Translations under genes and position numbers: made by a program
Notes under the pieces: generated by a model
Told to the model about the DNA's origin: nothing
Seen by the model: the letters and a program-made list of their open reading frames with translations, nothing else
Database searches by the model: none
Part shown: positions 29,032 through 38,086 of the stretch, piece after piece
Position numbering within the stretch: the first letter of the stretch is position 1
Layout of the letters: each line of letters starts with the position of its first letter
DNA from: Alphaproteobacteria bacterium
GTDB lineage: Bacteria > Pseudomonadota > Alphaproteobacteria > Caulobacterales > Parvularculaceae
Direction of reading: 5' to 3'
Assembly: GCA_013151255.1 (NCBI GenBank)
Contig: JAADIQ010000120.1
Span: 20,894-84,893 of the forward strand
DNA length: 64,000 nucleotides

Positions 29032-29929
29032 CGGCCTTCTCCAAACTGGGTTTTTCGGGTTGCACGGCGCCGTCTTCATCGCTCGCCGCATCCGCTTTGG
29101 CGTCCGGCGGCGGCAAGGCGATGCGCACCAGCGTGCCATGGCCCTTGCGGCTTTTGATGTGGAACGACCCGCCCTGCATCTCGATAAATGTTTTGGCGAC
29201 CGCATAGCCAATGCCGGGACCGGCAAACGAACGGTCAAGCCCGCGATGCGGCTCGGCGAAGGCTTCAAGCGCTTGCTTGATTTCCTCAGGGTTCAAACCG
29301 GCGCCGTCATCGCGCACGGCAATCTCAGCACGTCCGTCTTCATCTATGCAAGCGCGCACCAATATGCGGCCCTTTTCAGCGCTCAAACTGATCGCCGTCT
29401 GTAACAGATGGTCCACCGCCTGGCCGGTGCGCTCAACATCCCCCCAGCCGGTAATATCCGCGCCCTCGTCGCGCCGTTCAATCGTGACTTCAGCCGCGTC
29501 GGCGCGAATACGCACGCGCTCTATGGCGCCATCGAGAACCTCGCAGAAATCGACCGCATCGTTACGGAGCTCAACACTGCCGCTTTCCAGCGCGGCGACT
29601 TCTAAAATTGTATTGATATGGCCGAGCAAAAGGTCAGCCGATTGCAAAATATACTCCGCATAAGCGGTGTGCTGGTCGGTGCTGAGGTTATATTGCTCGC
29701 CATCGCGAAGCATGGTCGCAAATCCCATGATCGCGTTCAGCGGGGTGCGCAATTCATGGTTCATATTGGCGAGAAACTCTGACCGCGCCTTGATTGCAAG
29801 TTCCGCTTCCACCCTTGCGGCGCGGACTTCGATTTCGGTTTGCTGGCGCGCCAGCGCTTCACTCATGCGCGATGCATAATCGGCAATGAGCGAGCCGTCG
29901 GGCTGGTTAAACAATTTCAACGCCGGCAT
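29018..29929 (-). CDS. Soluble HisKA-HATPase histidine kinase-like protein with a degenerate N-box
   Basis: H-box FLANMNHELRTPLNAIMGF, G1 DDGAG and G2 GPGIG. No TM or sensor domain. Confidence 0.85.
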   Translation of the reverse strand: MPALKLFNQPDGSLIADYASRMSEALARQQTEIEVRAARVEAELAIKARSEFLANMNHELRTPLNAIMGFATMLRDGEQYNLSTDQHTAYAEYILQSADLLLGHINTILEVAALESGSVELRNDAVDFCEVLDGAIERVRIRADAAEVTIERRDEGADITGWGDVERTGQAVDHLLQTAISLSAEKGRILVRACIDEDGRAEIAVRDDGAGLNPEEIKQALEAFAEPHRGLDRSFAGPGIGYAVAKTFIEMQGGSFHIKSRKGHGTLVRIALPPPDAKADAASDEDGAVQPEKPSLEKADDAA

Positions 29930-29965
29930 AGATGGTTTCCTCGCGCAAAGCCTAGCGAGCAAGGG

Positions 29966-29980
29966 CTAATGCGGCGTTAA
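29966..29980. promoter_or_regulatory. Near-consensus CtrA box
   Basis: CTAA-TGCGGCG-TTAA (1 mismatch to TTAA-N7-TTAA), upstream of the kinase gene. Confidence 0.5.
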
Positions 29981-30003
29981 ACTGGCCGCTGCGGCAAGGT
30001 TGG

Positions 30004-30018
30004 TTAATCGGGCGTTAA
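30004..30018. promoter_or_regulatory. Consensus CtrA box
   Basis: TTAA-TCGGGCG-TTAA, an exact TTAA-N7-TTAA in GC-rich DNA, upstream of the kinase-ATPase pair. Confidence 0.65.
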
Positions 30019-31931
30019 GACGGTGATGGTTCGCCGGACGGCAGCGTCTCGACAGTCTCGCTGGCGTCCGGTTTTTGCCCAGATTTTTGCTCAGCCTTTT
30101 GCTCAGGTGTTAGTTCTGGCGGTTTTGGAATATAGGCAAGCACCGTATCGCCAATCGCCGGCTCGACCGGGGCCTCGTGCGAGGCGAACAAAATTGTGTC
30201 TTTGCGAACAACCAGCACAATCTCGTGATCGGGCCCGGCGTCTTCTTTGTATTGCTCAGGCGGATATTCTTCAGACAATCGGGTGCGCTGATAGACCCAG
30301 CCCTGATAGTGGCGGCGCAACAGCTCATCAAGCGGCGCGCCGGAATGCAGGAAGGTGCGTCCCTGCAACGTATAGGACAATGCCTGACGGTCTTCCTCGT
30401 CCTTGCCGCGCGCATTCACCTGATAAATCGCCGCGCGCCCCAGCTCAGGCGCCAAGTCAGTCGAGACCAGCGCGTTGTGCGCCTCATTGCCGCTTAGCGC
30501 GAGCAAATAGCCGAAGCGATTAAGATCGAGGTGGTGTTCGGTGACCTCTGAGAGAATTTCGCCGTAATAAGTCGGCACATCCGCCAGCCGCGCCGGTTGC
30601 AGCCGGCGCCAGCTGGCGTCAGCGACCATTACAGGGATTTCAAGCTCTTTCAGCTTCGCCGCCAGCGCAACCGACCATGGCGAGGCGCCGGCGATTAACA
30701 CCCCCGGACGCTCGCGCGAGGCAAGACCGAGCGCTTTGGCAAGCGGGCCGATTGTAAAGCCATGGGCGATGACGGTGGCGAAAACCATGGCGAAGGCAAG
30801 CGGGATCAGCTTGGCGCCGTCGGCAAAGCCCGCCGTGACTAACGCTGCGCCAAAGAATGAGGAAACCGCAACCGCGACAACCCCACGCGGCGCAATCCAC
30901 CCGACCAGCAACCGCTCCTGCCAGGGCAGGCCGGCGCCGATGGTCGACACAAACACCGTCAGGGGGCGGACGATGAACAACATCGCCACAAGATACCAGA
31001 ACGCCGACCAGTCAAGGTCACGGAACGACTCAAATGTGAGATTGGCAGTGAGGATGATGAAGACGCCGGAAACCAGAATAACGACGATGTTTTCTTTAAA
31101 CAATCGCAGCTCATTGATGCTGGCGATGCGCGCATTGGCCATCGTCACGCCCATGGCCGTCACCGCCAAGAGGCCGGCCTCATGCTGCAACAGGTTGGCG
31201 GTTTCAAAGCAAACCAGCACCAGCGCCAGCAAAACTGGCGGCTTTAAATATTCCGGCACCCAACCGCGCCGAAACGACGAAGCCGCAAGCCGGCCAATCG
31301 CAAAGCCGAGCCCGCCAGCGAGGGCCGAGGCCATCACAATCGAGCCGATAATCTCACCGGGCGATGCATGGCCGCCATTGCCGAAGATGATGAATTCATA
31401 GACCAGCACCGCCAGCAAAGCGCCGATCGGGTCATTGACGATGCCTTCCCATTTCAACAGCGTCGCCGGGCGCGCATCAAGCTTGGACTGGCGTAGCAGC
31501 GGAATGATTACCGTCGGGCCGGTGACAACCATGATGCCGCCAAACAATAACGCCACCTGCCACGACAGGCCGACGATATAATAGGCAGCGCCCGCGCCAA
31601 GCGCCCAGGCAATCGCGACGCCCGGAAAGACCAGGCGCCCGACGCCGCGGGTCAGCCCGCGCAGCTCGGAGAAATTGAGTTGTAATCCGCCCTCGAACAA
31701 AATCACCGCAACCGCGATGGCGATGAGAGGTTGATAGAACTCCCCAAACAGCGCCTCCATCGGCGGCTGTCCGTCAGCGCCGGGCGGGCCGAATATGCCG
31801 AGCACCGGACCGGCGACAACGCCGGCAATCGCCATCAGCACAATTGCCGGCAAGTTAAACCGCCAGGCGAGCCATTGCGCGCCAATACCGAGGACGCCAA
31901 TCAGCGCGAAGGCGAGAACGAGGTTGTCCAT
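30015..31931 (-). CDS. Cation:proton antiporter (CPA1/NhaP-type) with a C-terminal Rossmann-like domain
   Basis: ILFEGGL, TGPTVI, EGIVNDP and PRGVVA motifs; about 12 TM helices; soluble tail. Confidence 0.9.
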   Translation of the reverse strand: MDNLVLAFALIGVLGIGAQWLAWRFNLPAIVLMAIAGVVAGPVLGIFGPPGADGQPPMEALFGEFYQPLIAIAVAVILFEGGLQLNFSELRGLTRGVGRLVFPGVAIAWALGAGAAYYIVGLSWQVALLFGGIMVVTGPTVIIPLLRQSKLDARPATLLKWEGIVNDPIGALLAVLVYEFIIFGNGGHASPGEIIGSIVMASALAGGLGFAIGRLAASSFRRGWVPEYLKPPVLLALVLVCFETANLLQHEAGLLAVTAMGVTMANARIASINELRLFKENIVVILVSGVFIILTANLTFESFRDLDWSAFWYLVAMLFIVRPLTVFVSTIGAGLPWQERLLVGWIAPRGVVAVAVSSFFGAALVTAGFADGAKLIPLAFAMVFATVIAHGFTIGPLAKALGLASRERPGVLIAGASPWSVALAAKLKELEIPVMVADASWRRLQPARLADVPTYYGEILSEVTEHHLDLNRFGYLLALSGNEAHNALVSTDLAPELGRAAIYQVNARGKDEEDRQALSYTLQGRTFLHSGAPLDELLRRHYQGWVYQRTRLSEEYPPEQYKEDAGPDHEIVLVVRKDTILFASHEAPVEPAIGDTVLAYIPKPPELTPEQKAEQKSGQKPDASETVETLPSGEPSPS

Positions 31932-31941
31932 ATTGGCCTTC

Positions 31942-31978
31942 TAGAGCAGTTCGCATTTAAACGAAATCACATACTCTA
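31942..31978. repeat. Short TAGAG...CTCTA bounded element abutting the palindrome
   Basis: 37 bp with 5-bp terminal inverted repeats, ending 1 bp before REP copy 2. Confidence 0.35.
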
Positions 31979-31979
31979 T

Positions 31980-32055
31980 CCCCGTTCATCCCGGCGAAAG
32001 CCGGGATCGATTACTGAACTAGACTGGATCCCGGCTTTCGCCGGGATGAACGGGG
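31980..32055. repeat. REP/RPE-like palindromic element, family A, copy 2
   Basis: Perfect 29-bp arms at 31980-32008 and 32027-32055 with an 18-nt loop. Same arm sequence as 360-431. Confidence 0.92.
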
Positions 32056-32074
32056 TCTATCTGTCGTATAAGCC

Positions 32075-32851
32075 TCAACGGTTCTTGAAGGACGGTTTGC
32101 GCTTTTCGATGAAGGCGGCCATGCCCTCTTTTTGATCTTCGGTTGAGAACACCGAATGGAACACTTTGCGCTCAAACCTTACGCCCTCTGAAAGCGTGGT
32201 CTCGAAGGCGCGATCGACCGATTCTTTAATCAGCATGGCGATTGGCCGGGAGAAGCCGGCGATTTGCTTGGCGACGCGGATCGCCTCTTCGCGCAACTCT
32301 CCCTTTGGCACGATGCGGCTCACCATGCCGCAGCGTTCGGCTTCTTCGGCGTCCATCATCCGTCCAGTCAAGCACATCTCCATCGCCTTGGACTTGCCGA
32401 TGAACCGCGCGAGCCGCTGGGTGCCGCCAGCGCCGGGCATGGCGCCAATAGAAATTTCCGGCTGGCCGAATTTGGCGTTGTCCGCGGCGATAATGAAATC
32501 GCACATCAGCGCCAACTCGCATCCGCCGCCAAGCGCATAACCGCCGACCGCGGCAATCACCGGTTTGCGCGCCCGGCTCGCCTCTTCCCAGTTTGCGGTG
32601 ATGAAGTCTTCCTTGAAGACATCCATATAGGTCTTGCCCGCCATCTCCTTGATGTCGGCGCCGGCGGCGAAGGCTTTTTCCGAACCGGTAATCACCAGGC
32701 AACCGACAGCGTCGTCGGCTTCAAATTTGCGCACCGCGTCGGTCACCTCATCCATCAATTGCTTGTTAAACGCATTGAGCGCATCGGGACGGTTCAGCGT
32801 GATAATGCCGACGCCGCCGTCAGATTCGGTAAGGATGCATTCGTAGGCCAT
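32075..32851 (-). CDS. Enoyl-CoA hydratase
   Basis: [18 protein letters not shown] and FGQPEI crotonase motifs. Confidence 0.95.
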   Translation of the reverse strand: MAYECILTESDGGVGIITLNRPDALNAFNKQLMDEVTDAVRKFEADDAVGCLVITGSEKAFAAGADIKEMAGKTYMDVFKEDFITANWEEASRARKPVIAAVGGYALGGGCELALMCDFIIAADNAKFGQPEISIGAMPGAGGTQRLARFIGKSKAMEMCLTGRMMDAEEAERCGMVSRIVPKGELREEAIRVAKQIAGFSRPIAMLIKESVDRAFETTLSEGVRFERKVFHSVFSTEDQKEGMAAFIEKRKPSFKNR

Positions 32852-32878
32852 TTCGTTTTCCTTAAATTGCCAGTCTGG

Positions 32879-33472
32879 TCAGATCACGCCGATCAGGCGG
32901 ATAACTTCCTGGCGTGCTTTTTCATCTTCCCGGAAGATACCCATCATCCGGCTTGTAGTCATCGTCACGCCCGGGGTTTTAACGCCGCGCGCGGTCATGC
33001 AAGCATGCGAGGCTTCAATCACCACCGCAACGCCAAGCGGGTCGAGCACTTTCTGGATGCAGTCGGCGATTTCTGCCGTCAGGCGTTCTTGCACCTGGAG
33101 GCGGCGCGCATAAGTGTTCACCACGCGGGCGAGTTTGGAAATCCCCACCACGCGATTGCGCGGCAGATACGCAACATGCGCCTTGCCGATGATCGGCGCC
33201 ATGTGATGTTCGCAGTGAGAGTGGAACGGGATGTCTTTTAAGAGCACGATTTCATCATAGCCGCCGACCTGTTCAAAGGTGCGCTCCAGATAAGTCTCCG
33301 CGCATTGCTCGTAGCCTTGAAAATATTCGAGATAGGCGTCCACCACGCGGCGCGGCGTATCGGAAAGCCCTTCGCGCGCCGGATCGTCGCCAATCCAGCG
33401 AATGAGCTCGCGCACCGCATCTTGTGCGCGCGCTCTTTCCTGTTCGGTTCGTGTCCTGGCTTGGCCGGCCAT
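32879..33472 (-). CDS. folE: GTP cyclohydrolase I
   Basis: [22 protein letters not shown] and HACMTARGV motifs. Start taken at MAGQAR. Confidence 0.95.
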   Translation of the reverse strand: MAGQARTRTEQERARAQDAVRELIRWIGDDPAREGLSDTPRRVVDAYLEYFQGYEQCAETYLERTFEQVGGYDEIVLLKDIPFHSHCEHHMAPIIGKAHVAYLPRNRVVGISKLARVVNTYARRLQVQERLTAEIADCIQKVLDPLGVAVVIEASHACMTARGVKTPGVTMTTSRMMGIFREDEKARQEVIRLIGVI

Positions 33473-33474
33473 GG

Positions 33475-34614
33475 TCAGGCTCTTTTGTCTATCGCTACGA
33501 CATCGCGCTGCGCCGGACCGGTATAGTTCGAGAGCGGACGGATCAGCTTGTTGTCGCCGAGTTGCTCGATAATATGCGCTGTCCATCCGGTAATGCGGCT
33601 CACCACAAAAATCGGCGTGAACATCGGAATTTCAAAACCCATCAGATAATAAGCAGGTCCCGCCGGAAAATCGAGATTGGGGTAGATGCCTTTTTCCGAA
33701 ACCATGGTTTCGTCAAGGGTTTTCGACATTTCCCAATACATTTTCGCCTCATCCGTGCCGATTATATCGACCATGTCCTTGAACGCCGCGGTCATGGTCG
33801 GCACGCGGCTGTCGCCGGAACGATAAACCCGGTGGCCGAAACCCATGACTTTTTTCTTGGTCGCCAGCGCGTCCAGCATCCAGGCTTTGGCATTCTCGAC
33901 CGTGCCGACCTCTTCCAGCATATGCATCACCGCCTCATTGGCGCCGCCATGGAGCGGGCCTTTCAGCGATCCGATGGCGCCGGTGACGGAGGAATAAATC
34001 CCCGACAGCGAGCTTGCGATGACCCGGGCGGTAAAGGTCGAGGCGTTAAAGGAGTGCTCGGCATAGAGCGTCATGGAAACATCAAAACATTTGACAATTT
34101 CCGGCGCCGGGACTTCACCGAAGCACATGTGAAAAAAGTTTTCCGAAAACCCAAGGCTTGGGTCCGGGGCAATCGGCTCCTTGCCGTTGCGCAGGCGAAA
34201 GTCCGTTGCGACAATCTGCGGGATTTTTGCATAAAGGCTGATCGCGCGATCATACAGCCTGTCGGTGGCGTGGTCTTCAATCTCGCTGTCTTCAATCCCG
34301 AGGAAGCTCACCGCCGTGCGAAGCGTCGCCATCGGGTGCGCGCCCTTGGGGAATTTCCGCATCACCGCAATCAAATCATCGGTGAGGCCGCGCTCGCGTT
34401 TTTCTTTGGCGTTGAAATCATCAAGCTGGGCTTTGGTTGGCAGCTCGCCATTCCAGATGAGATAAGCAGTTTCTTCAAACCGGCACTGCGCCGCCAGATC
34501 CTGCACCGCATAGCCGCGATAGGTCAGCGAGTTCGTCTCCGGCATAACCTTCGACACCGCAGTGTCGTCGGCAATAACGCCGGCAAGGCCGTATTTGATT
34601 TCTGCATCCGCCAT
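33475..34614 (-). CDS. prpC: 2-methylcitrate synthase
   Basis: [26 protein letters not shown] and NLDFP motifs; prp context. Confidence 0.9.
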   Translation of the reverse strand: MADAEIKYGLAGVIADDTAVSKVMPETNSLTYRGYAVQDLAAQCRFEETAYLIWNGELPTKAQLDDFNAKEKRERGLTDDLIAVMRKFPKGAHPMATLRTAVSFLGIEDSEIEDHATDRLYDRAISLYAKIPQIVATDFRLRNGKEPIAPDPSLGFSENFFHMCFGEVPAPEIVKCFDVSMTLYAEHSFNASTFTARVIASSLSGIYSSVTGAIGSLKGPLHGGANEAVMHMLEEVGTVENAKAWMLDALATKKKVMGFGHRVYRSGDSRVPTMTAAFKDMVDIIGTDEAKMYWEMSKTLDETMVSEKGIYPNLDFPAGPAYYLMGFEIPMFTPIFVVSRITGWTAHIIEQLGDNKLIRPLSNYTGPAQRDVVAIDKRA

Positions 34615-34636
34615 CTATTTCATCTCCTCATCTCAG

Positions 34637-34963
34637 CTACTTTTTCATCTCGTAAGCGCGCTCAACTTTAGCGATGTTAAGCTTGTAATCTTCATACCAT
34701 TTCGCACGACCTGTACTTTGCGCCTCTAGGTGCTCGGCGTTCTGTTTCCAGTTCGCAATCGCGTCTTCGCTTTCCCAATAAGATATCGCAATGCCAAACC
34801 CGTCCTCGTTGCGCGCCGATTCAAAGCCGAGATATCCCGGCATCGTGCGCGCCAGCGCTTCCATCCGTTCGGCCATCTCGGCGTAGCCATCTGCGCCCTC
34901 CGCGAGGCGCGCGGTGAAGATGACGGCGTAATAGGGCGGCTTTGGCAGTGCAGCAAAAGTCAT
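34637..34963 (-). CDS. Antibiotic biosynthesis monooxygenase (ABM) family protein
   Basis: PPYYAVIF, PGYLG, SYWES and W...EH...Q..GR..WY pattern. Confidence 0.85.
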   Translation of the reverse strand: MTFAALPKPPYYAVIFTARLAEGADGYAEMAERMEALARTMPGYLGFESARNEDGFGIAISYWESEDAIANWKQNAEHLEAQSTGRAKWYEDYKLNIAKVERAYEMKK

Positions 34964-35063
34964 AATCGCCGGGTTATGCTATATTACCGAGTGGAAAGAA
35001 AGGCCTGAAGGCGGTTCAATTATCACAATAATAACAATAGGTTGACACAAAAACGGCGGCGCT

Positions 35064-35426
35064 TCAGTCGCCGACCGGAACGACATCCGCAGACGCCGTC
35101 ATCAACACCACGACCCGCGACGGCGCGCGGGTGCGGTGAACCACGCCCTTCGGCACGACAAAGCCCTGGCCCGGGCCAAGCTCGTGGGTCTGGTCTTCAA
35201 CATCGAGTAACAGATTTCCCTCAACGACATAGAAAAGTTCATCTTCATTATCATGCTTGTGGAAGTGAAACTCGCCCTCCAAAACGCCGAGCCGCAGGAC
35301 GCTGTCATTAATCCGAACCAGAGTCTGATTGAACCATGTGTCGGTGTTGGCGTCGACGACATCCTGGATATCAAATTTCTCCATCGGTGAAAATCTGATA
35401 TCGGTTTTGATGCTGTAGTTCGTCAT
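35064..35426 (-). CDS. Cupin domain protein
   Basis: GEFHFHKHDNEDELF and VVPKGVVHRT cupin motifs. Start approximate. Confidence 0.88.
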   Translation of the reverse strand: MTNYSIKTDIRFSPMEKFDIQDVVDANTDTWFNQTLVRINDSVLRLGVLEGEFHFHKHDNEDELFYVVEGNLLLDVEDQTHELGPGQGFVVPKGVVHRTRAPSRVVVLMTASADVVPVGD

Positions 35427-35470
35427 CTTGTTCACAATGTTCTCCATACGCTTACTGGCCAGAAATGCAC

Positions 35471-35662
35471 TCAAGGGCTGCGGCTTAAGATGCTATCAGC
35501 AGCCCATTCTGCATCAGTAGAAGGCGCTAATTCTTTATAGATTTGGACAATCCGTCCTCTGTCCCGCCGCGCCACCGCGTCGTCGAATTCGTTCATCCGA
35601 CCCGACGCGAACAATCGTTCGTTCATCGTCATGCTTTCGTATTCATTTTTCGGATATTCCAT
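35471..35662 (-). CDS. Small hypothetical protein (63 aa)
   Basis: GGAG ribosome-binding site before the ATG at 35662, directly after the prpB stop. MEYPKNEYESMTMNERLFASG... Confidence 0.6.
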   Translation of the reverse strand: MEYPKNEYESMTMNERLFASGRMNEFDDAVARRDRGRIVQIYKELAPSTDAEWAADSILSRSP

Positions 35663-35663
35663 T

Positions 35664-36575
35664 CTACTCCGTAGGCGTGTCGCTAACCTGAAAGTTGTAA
35701 ATTGACTCATCGAACTTGTTGTAATCGTGATAGCGCAGCAAATCATAAAGATCGCGCCGGTGTTGCATGATGTCGAGGACGCCGTTCTGGTCGCCATCCT
35801 TCAAGATCGCATCGAGACCAACATCGCAAGCGCCCATGGCGAGGCGCAGCGTTGTCACTGGATAAATAACGACGTTAAAGCCGAGCGCTTCGAGCTCTTT
35901 GATATTTAACAACCGGCTTTTTCCGAACTCGGTCATGTTCGCAAGGATTGGCACATCAAGCGCGGCGCGCACCGCCTCGAATTCTTTTTCTGACTTCATT
36001 GCTTCGGGGAAGATCATATCCGCGCCCGCATCCACATAGGCTTTCATGCGGTCAATTGCTTTATCGAGGCCCTCAATAGCGCGCGCATCAGAGCGCGCAA
36101 TCAGCACAAAGTTCGGGTCGCGTTTGGCTTCCGCCGCCGCTTTGACGCGCTGGACCATAATCTCGGTCGGAACAATTTCCTTGCCGTCAAGATGACCGCA
36201 GCGCTTGGGCATCACCTGATCTTCAATATGACAACCGGCAAGCCCCGCTTCTTCCATTGACCGCACCGTGCGCGCCGCCGCCATCGGTTCTCCAAAGCCG
36301 GTGTCAATGTCGATAAACGCCGGCAAGTCGGTCACCCGCGCAATCTGCCGGCCGCGGGTCTCAAATTCCGTCATCGTCGCAATGCCAATATCAGGCAGGC
36401 ACAGCTCGGCCGACATCACCGCGCCGGAAATATAAACCCCGTCGAAGCCTTTGCGCTCAATCATCTGTGCACAGAGCGGATTAAACGCGCCAGGGAATTG
36501 CAACAGCTTGCCGGAGGCGAGCCCTTTGCGAAACTGGCTACGTTTTTCGGCGGGGGATTTTGTTGTGAACAGCAT
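35664..36575 (-). CDS. prpB: 2-methylisocitrate lyase
   Basis: DIDTGFG, IEDQVMPKRCGH and ANMTEFGK motifs. Confidence 0.95.
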   Translation of the reverse strand: MLFTTKSPAEKRSQFRKGLASGKLLQFPGAFNPLCAQMIERKGFDGVYISGAVMSAELCLPDIGIATMTEFETRGRQIARVTDLPAFIDIDTGFGEPMAAARTVRSMEEAGLAGCHIEDQVMPKRCGHLDGKEIVPTEIMVQRVKAAAEAKRDPNFVLIARSDARAIEGLDKAIDRMKAYVDAGADMIFPEAMKSEKEFEAVRAALDVPILANMTEFGKSRLLNIKELEALGFNVVIYPVTTLRLAMGACDVGLDAILKDGDQNGVLDIMQHRRDLYDLLRYHDYNKFDESIYNFQVSDTPTE

Positions 36576-36578
36576 AAT

Positions 36579-36743
36579 TTATTCTTTATCCGGGTTTTGT
36601 TTAGGTTTTTTCTTGTTGTTGAATAGCTGGCTGAGCGCGGCGGCTAGCGCGATACCGACGCCAATGCCGAGCGCAATGTTGCCCGTGGCGACGCCGATAG
36701 TCAGCCCAATGGCGAGGCCAGCCGCTAATCCTTTAACATTCAT
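36579..36743 (-). CDS. Small glycine-rich membrane protein (54 aa)
   Basis: MNVKGLAAGLAIGLTIGVATGNIALGIGVGIALAAAL followed by a lysine-rich tail. Confidence 0.6.
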   Translation of the reverse strand: MNVKGLAAGLAIGLTIGVATGNIALGIGVGIALAAALSQLFNNKKKPKQNPDKE

Positions 36744-36754
36744 GTTGTCGCCCT

Positions 36755-37219
36755 TTAAGAATTGGATTTCAGCATGTCGCCCTTGTCCACCAAACACATA
36801 GTCGTCACCAGCGCCGTTGCAACATGTGTTTCCACACCGCCAGCGCTGCAATAAACCTCTGAGCGCACAATCACCAAGGTTCGTCCCGGTTTTATCACTT
36901 CCGCGCGAGCGCGCATCATCTCGCCGCGCGCCGGCGCCAGGAGGTTGATTTTAAACTCCGTGGTCAGCACCGTTGAGCCTTCCGGCATCACCGAATAACC
37001 GGCATAGCCGGCCGCATTATCGGCCAGCGTCGCGGCGACGCCGGCGTGGAAAAACCCATGCTGCTGGGTGAGGCTCGCGTCAAACGCAACCGCCAATTCG
37101 CACATGCCAGCCCCAAGGCCGCGCAACTCAACGCCGAGCTTTTCCATAAAACCCTGGCGCGCGAAGCTTTTGCGGATACGCGCGTCCGCCTCGGGGGAAA
37201 ACTGTGCCGGCGTGTTCAT
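36755..37219 (-). CDS. PaaI family thioesterase
   Basis: QQHGFFHAGVAATLAD and TTEFKINLLAPA hotdog-fold motifs. Confidence 0.9.
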   Translation of the reverse strand: MNTPAQFSPEADARIRKSFARQGFMEKLGVELRGLGAGMCELAVAFDASLTQQHGFFHAGVAATLADNAAGYAGYSVMPEGSTVLTTEFKINLLAPARGEMMRARAEVIKPGRTLVIVRSEVYCSAGGVETHVATALVTTMCLVDKGDMLKSNS

Positions 37220-37620
37220 TTAAACGCACCCAGTTTCGCACCGATGCGCTTGCCCATTTCCTCACCCAGCGCCATCAACCCGCTGGCGGGGCGGATCATC
37301 ACCTCAAACTCAATGATCAACCCGTCATTATCAAACTTGATGAAGTCGGCGCCTTTAAGCTGTTTGCCGCCAACCTTGGCGCTGAATTCAAGGACAACGT
37401 CTTTTCCGTCTTCGGTTGCGAATTCGCGATGGTAAGTGAAACCCTCAAACACATCGATCACCGTTGAAAGCGCAAGCACCAACGCATCGCGCCCATGATA
37501 AGGCGTATGCGCAACGGGCGAACGGAAGACGGCGTCGGGGTGGATGATGTCCGGCAAGGCGGAGAGGTCGCGCGAGGCGATTATGGCGTGCCATTTCTCT
37601 ATGGTTGTAGCTGCTGTCAT
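37216..37620 (-). CDS. SnoaL/NTF2-like protein
   Basis: VFRSPV, F.Y.RE, LEFSA, G.D.I.F and EFEVMIRP pattern. ATGA overlap with the next gene. Confidence 0.85.
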   Translation of the reverse strand: MTAATTIEKWHAIIASRDLSALPDIIHPDAVFRSPVAHTPYHGRDALVLALSTVIDVFEGFTYHREFATEDGKDVVLEFSAKVGGKQLKGADFIKFDNDGLIIEFEVMIRPASGLMALGEEMGKRIGAKLGAFK

Positions 37621-37642
37621 TTCGTCCCCATCCGCGCTCCGA

Positions 37643-38023
37643 TTAGCTTCCCATACAGAAGAAATTGAGCTTATTGCCATCAAAATCACGCACATAGCCG
37701 CATGAGACCATTCCGTCGAGACGTGGACCCGGTTCACCATCACATGTTGCGCCCAGTGTGATTGCTTTATCATAGAGGGACTTCACTTGCGCGGGATCCT
37801 TCGCGGCGAAAGCGACCATAACGCCATTTCCGCTGCTCGCCTCCTTACCGTCATGCGGCTTTACCAGAGCGAACATAGGGGGTCCCTGCTCAGTCCCAAA
37901 AAACACGGCGCCGCCGTCAGGCCGCACCATCATTTCCTTCGCCCCCAGATCAGCGAGCAACGCACCGTAGAATTTTCTAGCCTTATCAAAGTCGTTCGAG
38001 CCAAGCATTGAATACGCAATCAT
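37643..38023 (-). CDS. VOC/glyoxalase family protein
   Basis: Y.MLGSND, GNGVMVAF, G.PG.R and YVRDFDGNKL motifs. Confidence 0.9.
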   Translation of the reverse strand: MIAYSMLGSNDFDKARKFYGALLADLGAKEMMVRPDGGAVFFGTEQGPPMFALVKPHDGKEASSGNGVMVAFAAKDPAQVKSLYDKAITLGATCDGEPGPRLDGMVSCGYVRDFDGNKLNFFCMGS

Positions 38024-38086
38024 AGAATCTTCCTTTCCTATTTCGACAAGCAAAAAGCCGTTCCATTTGGGCGGCTCGGCCTTCTC

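Noticed and set aside
27316-29268. 650-aa version of the HerA-like ORF
   Set aside because: The extra N-terminus overlaps the kinase gene in another frame and is low-complexity. The start at 29031 fits better.
360-32055. Palindromic repeats as a CRISPR array
   Set aside because: The copies are isolated hairpins tens of kb apart, with no regular repeat-spacer series and no cas genes.
31731-32135. ORF containing WIPAFAGMN peptide
   Set aside because: It overlaps two real genes on the opposite strand; the peptide is simply the translated palindrome.
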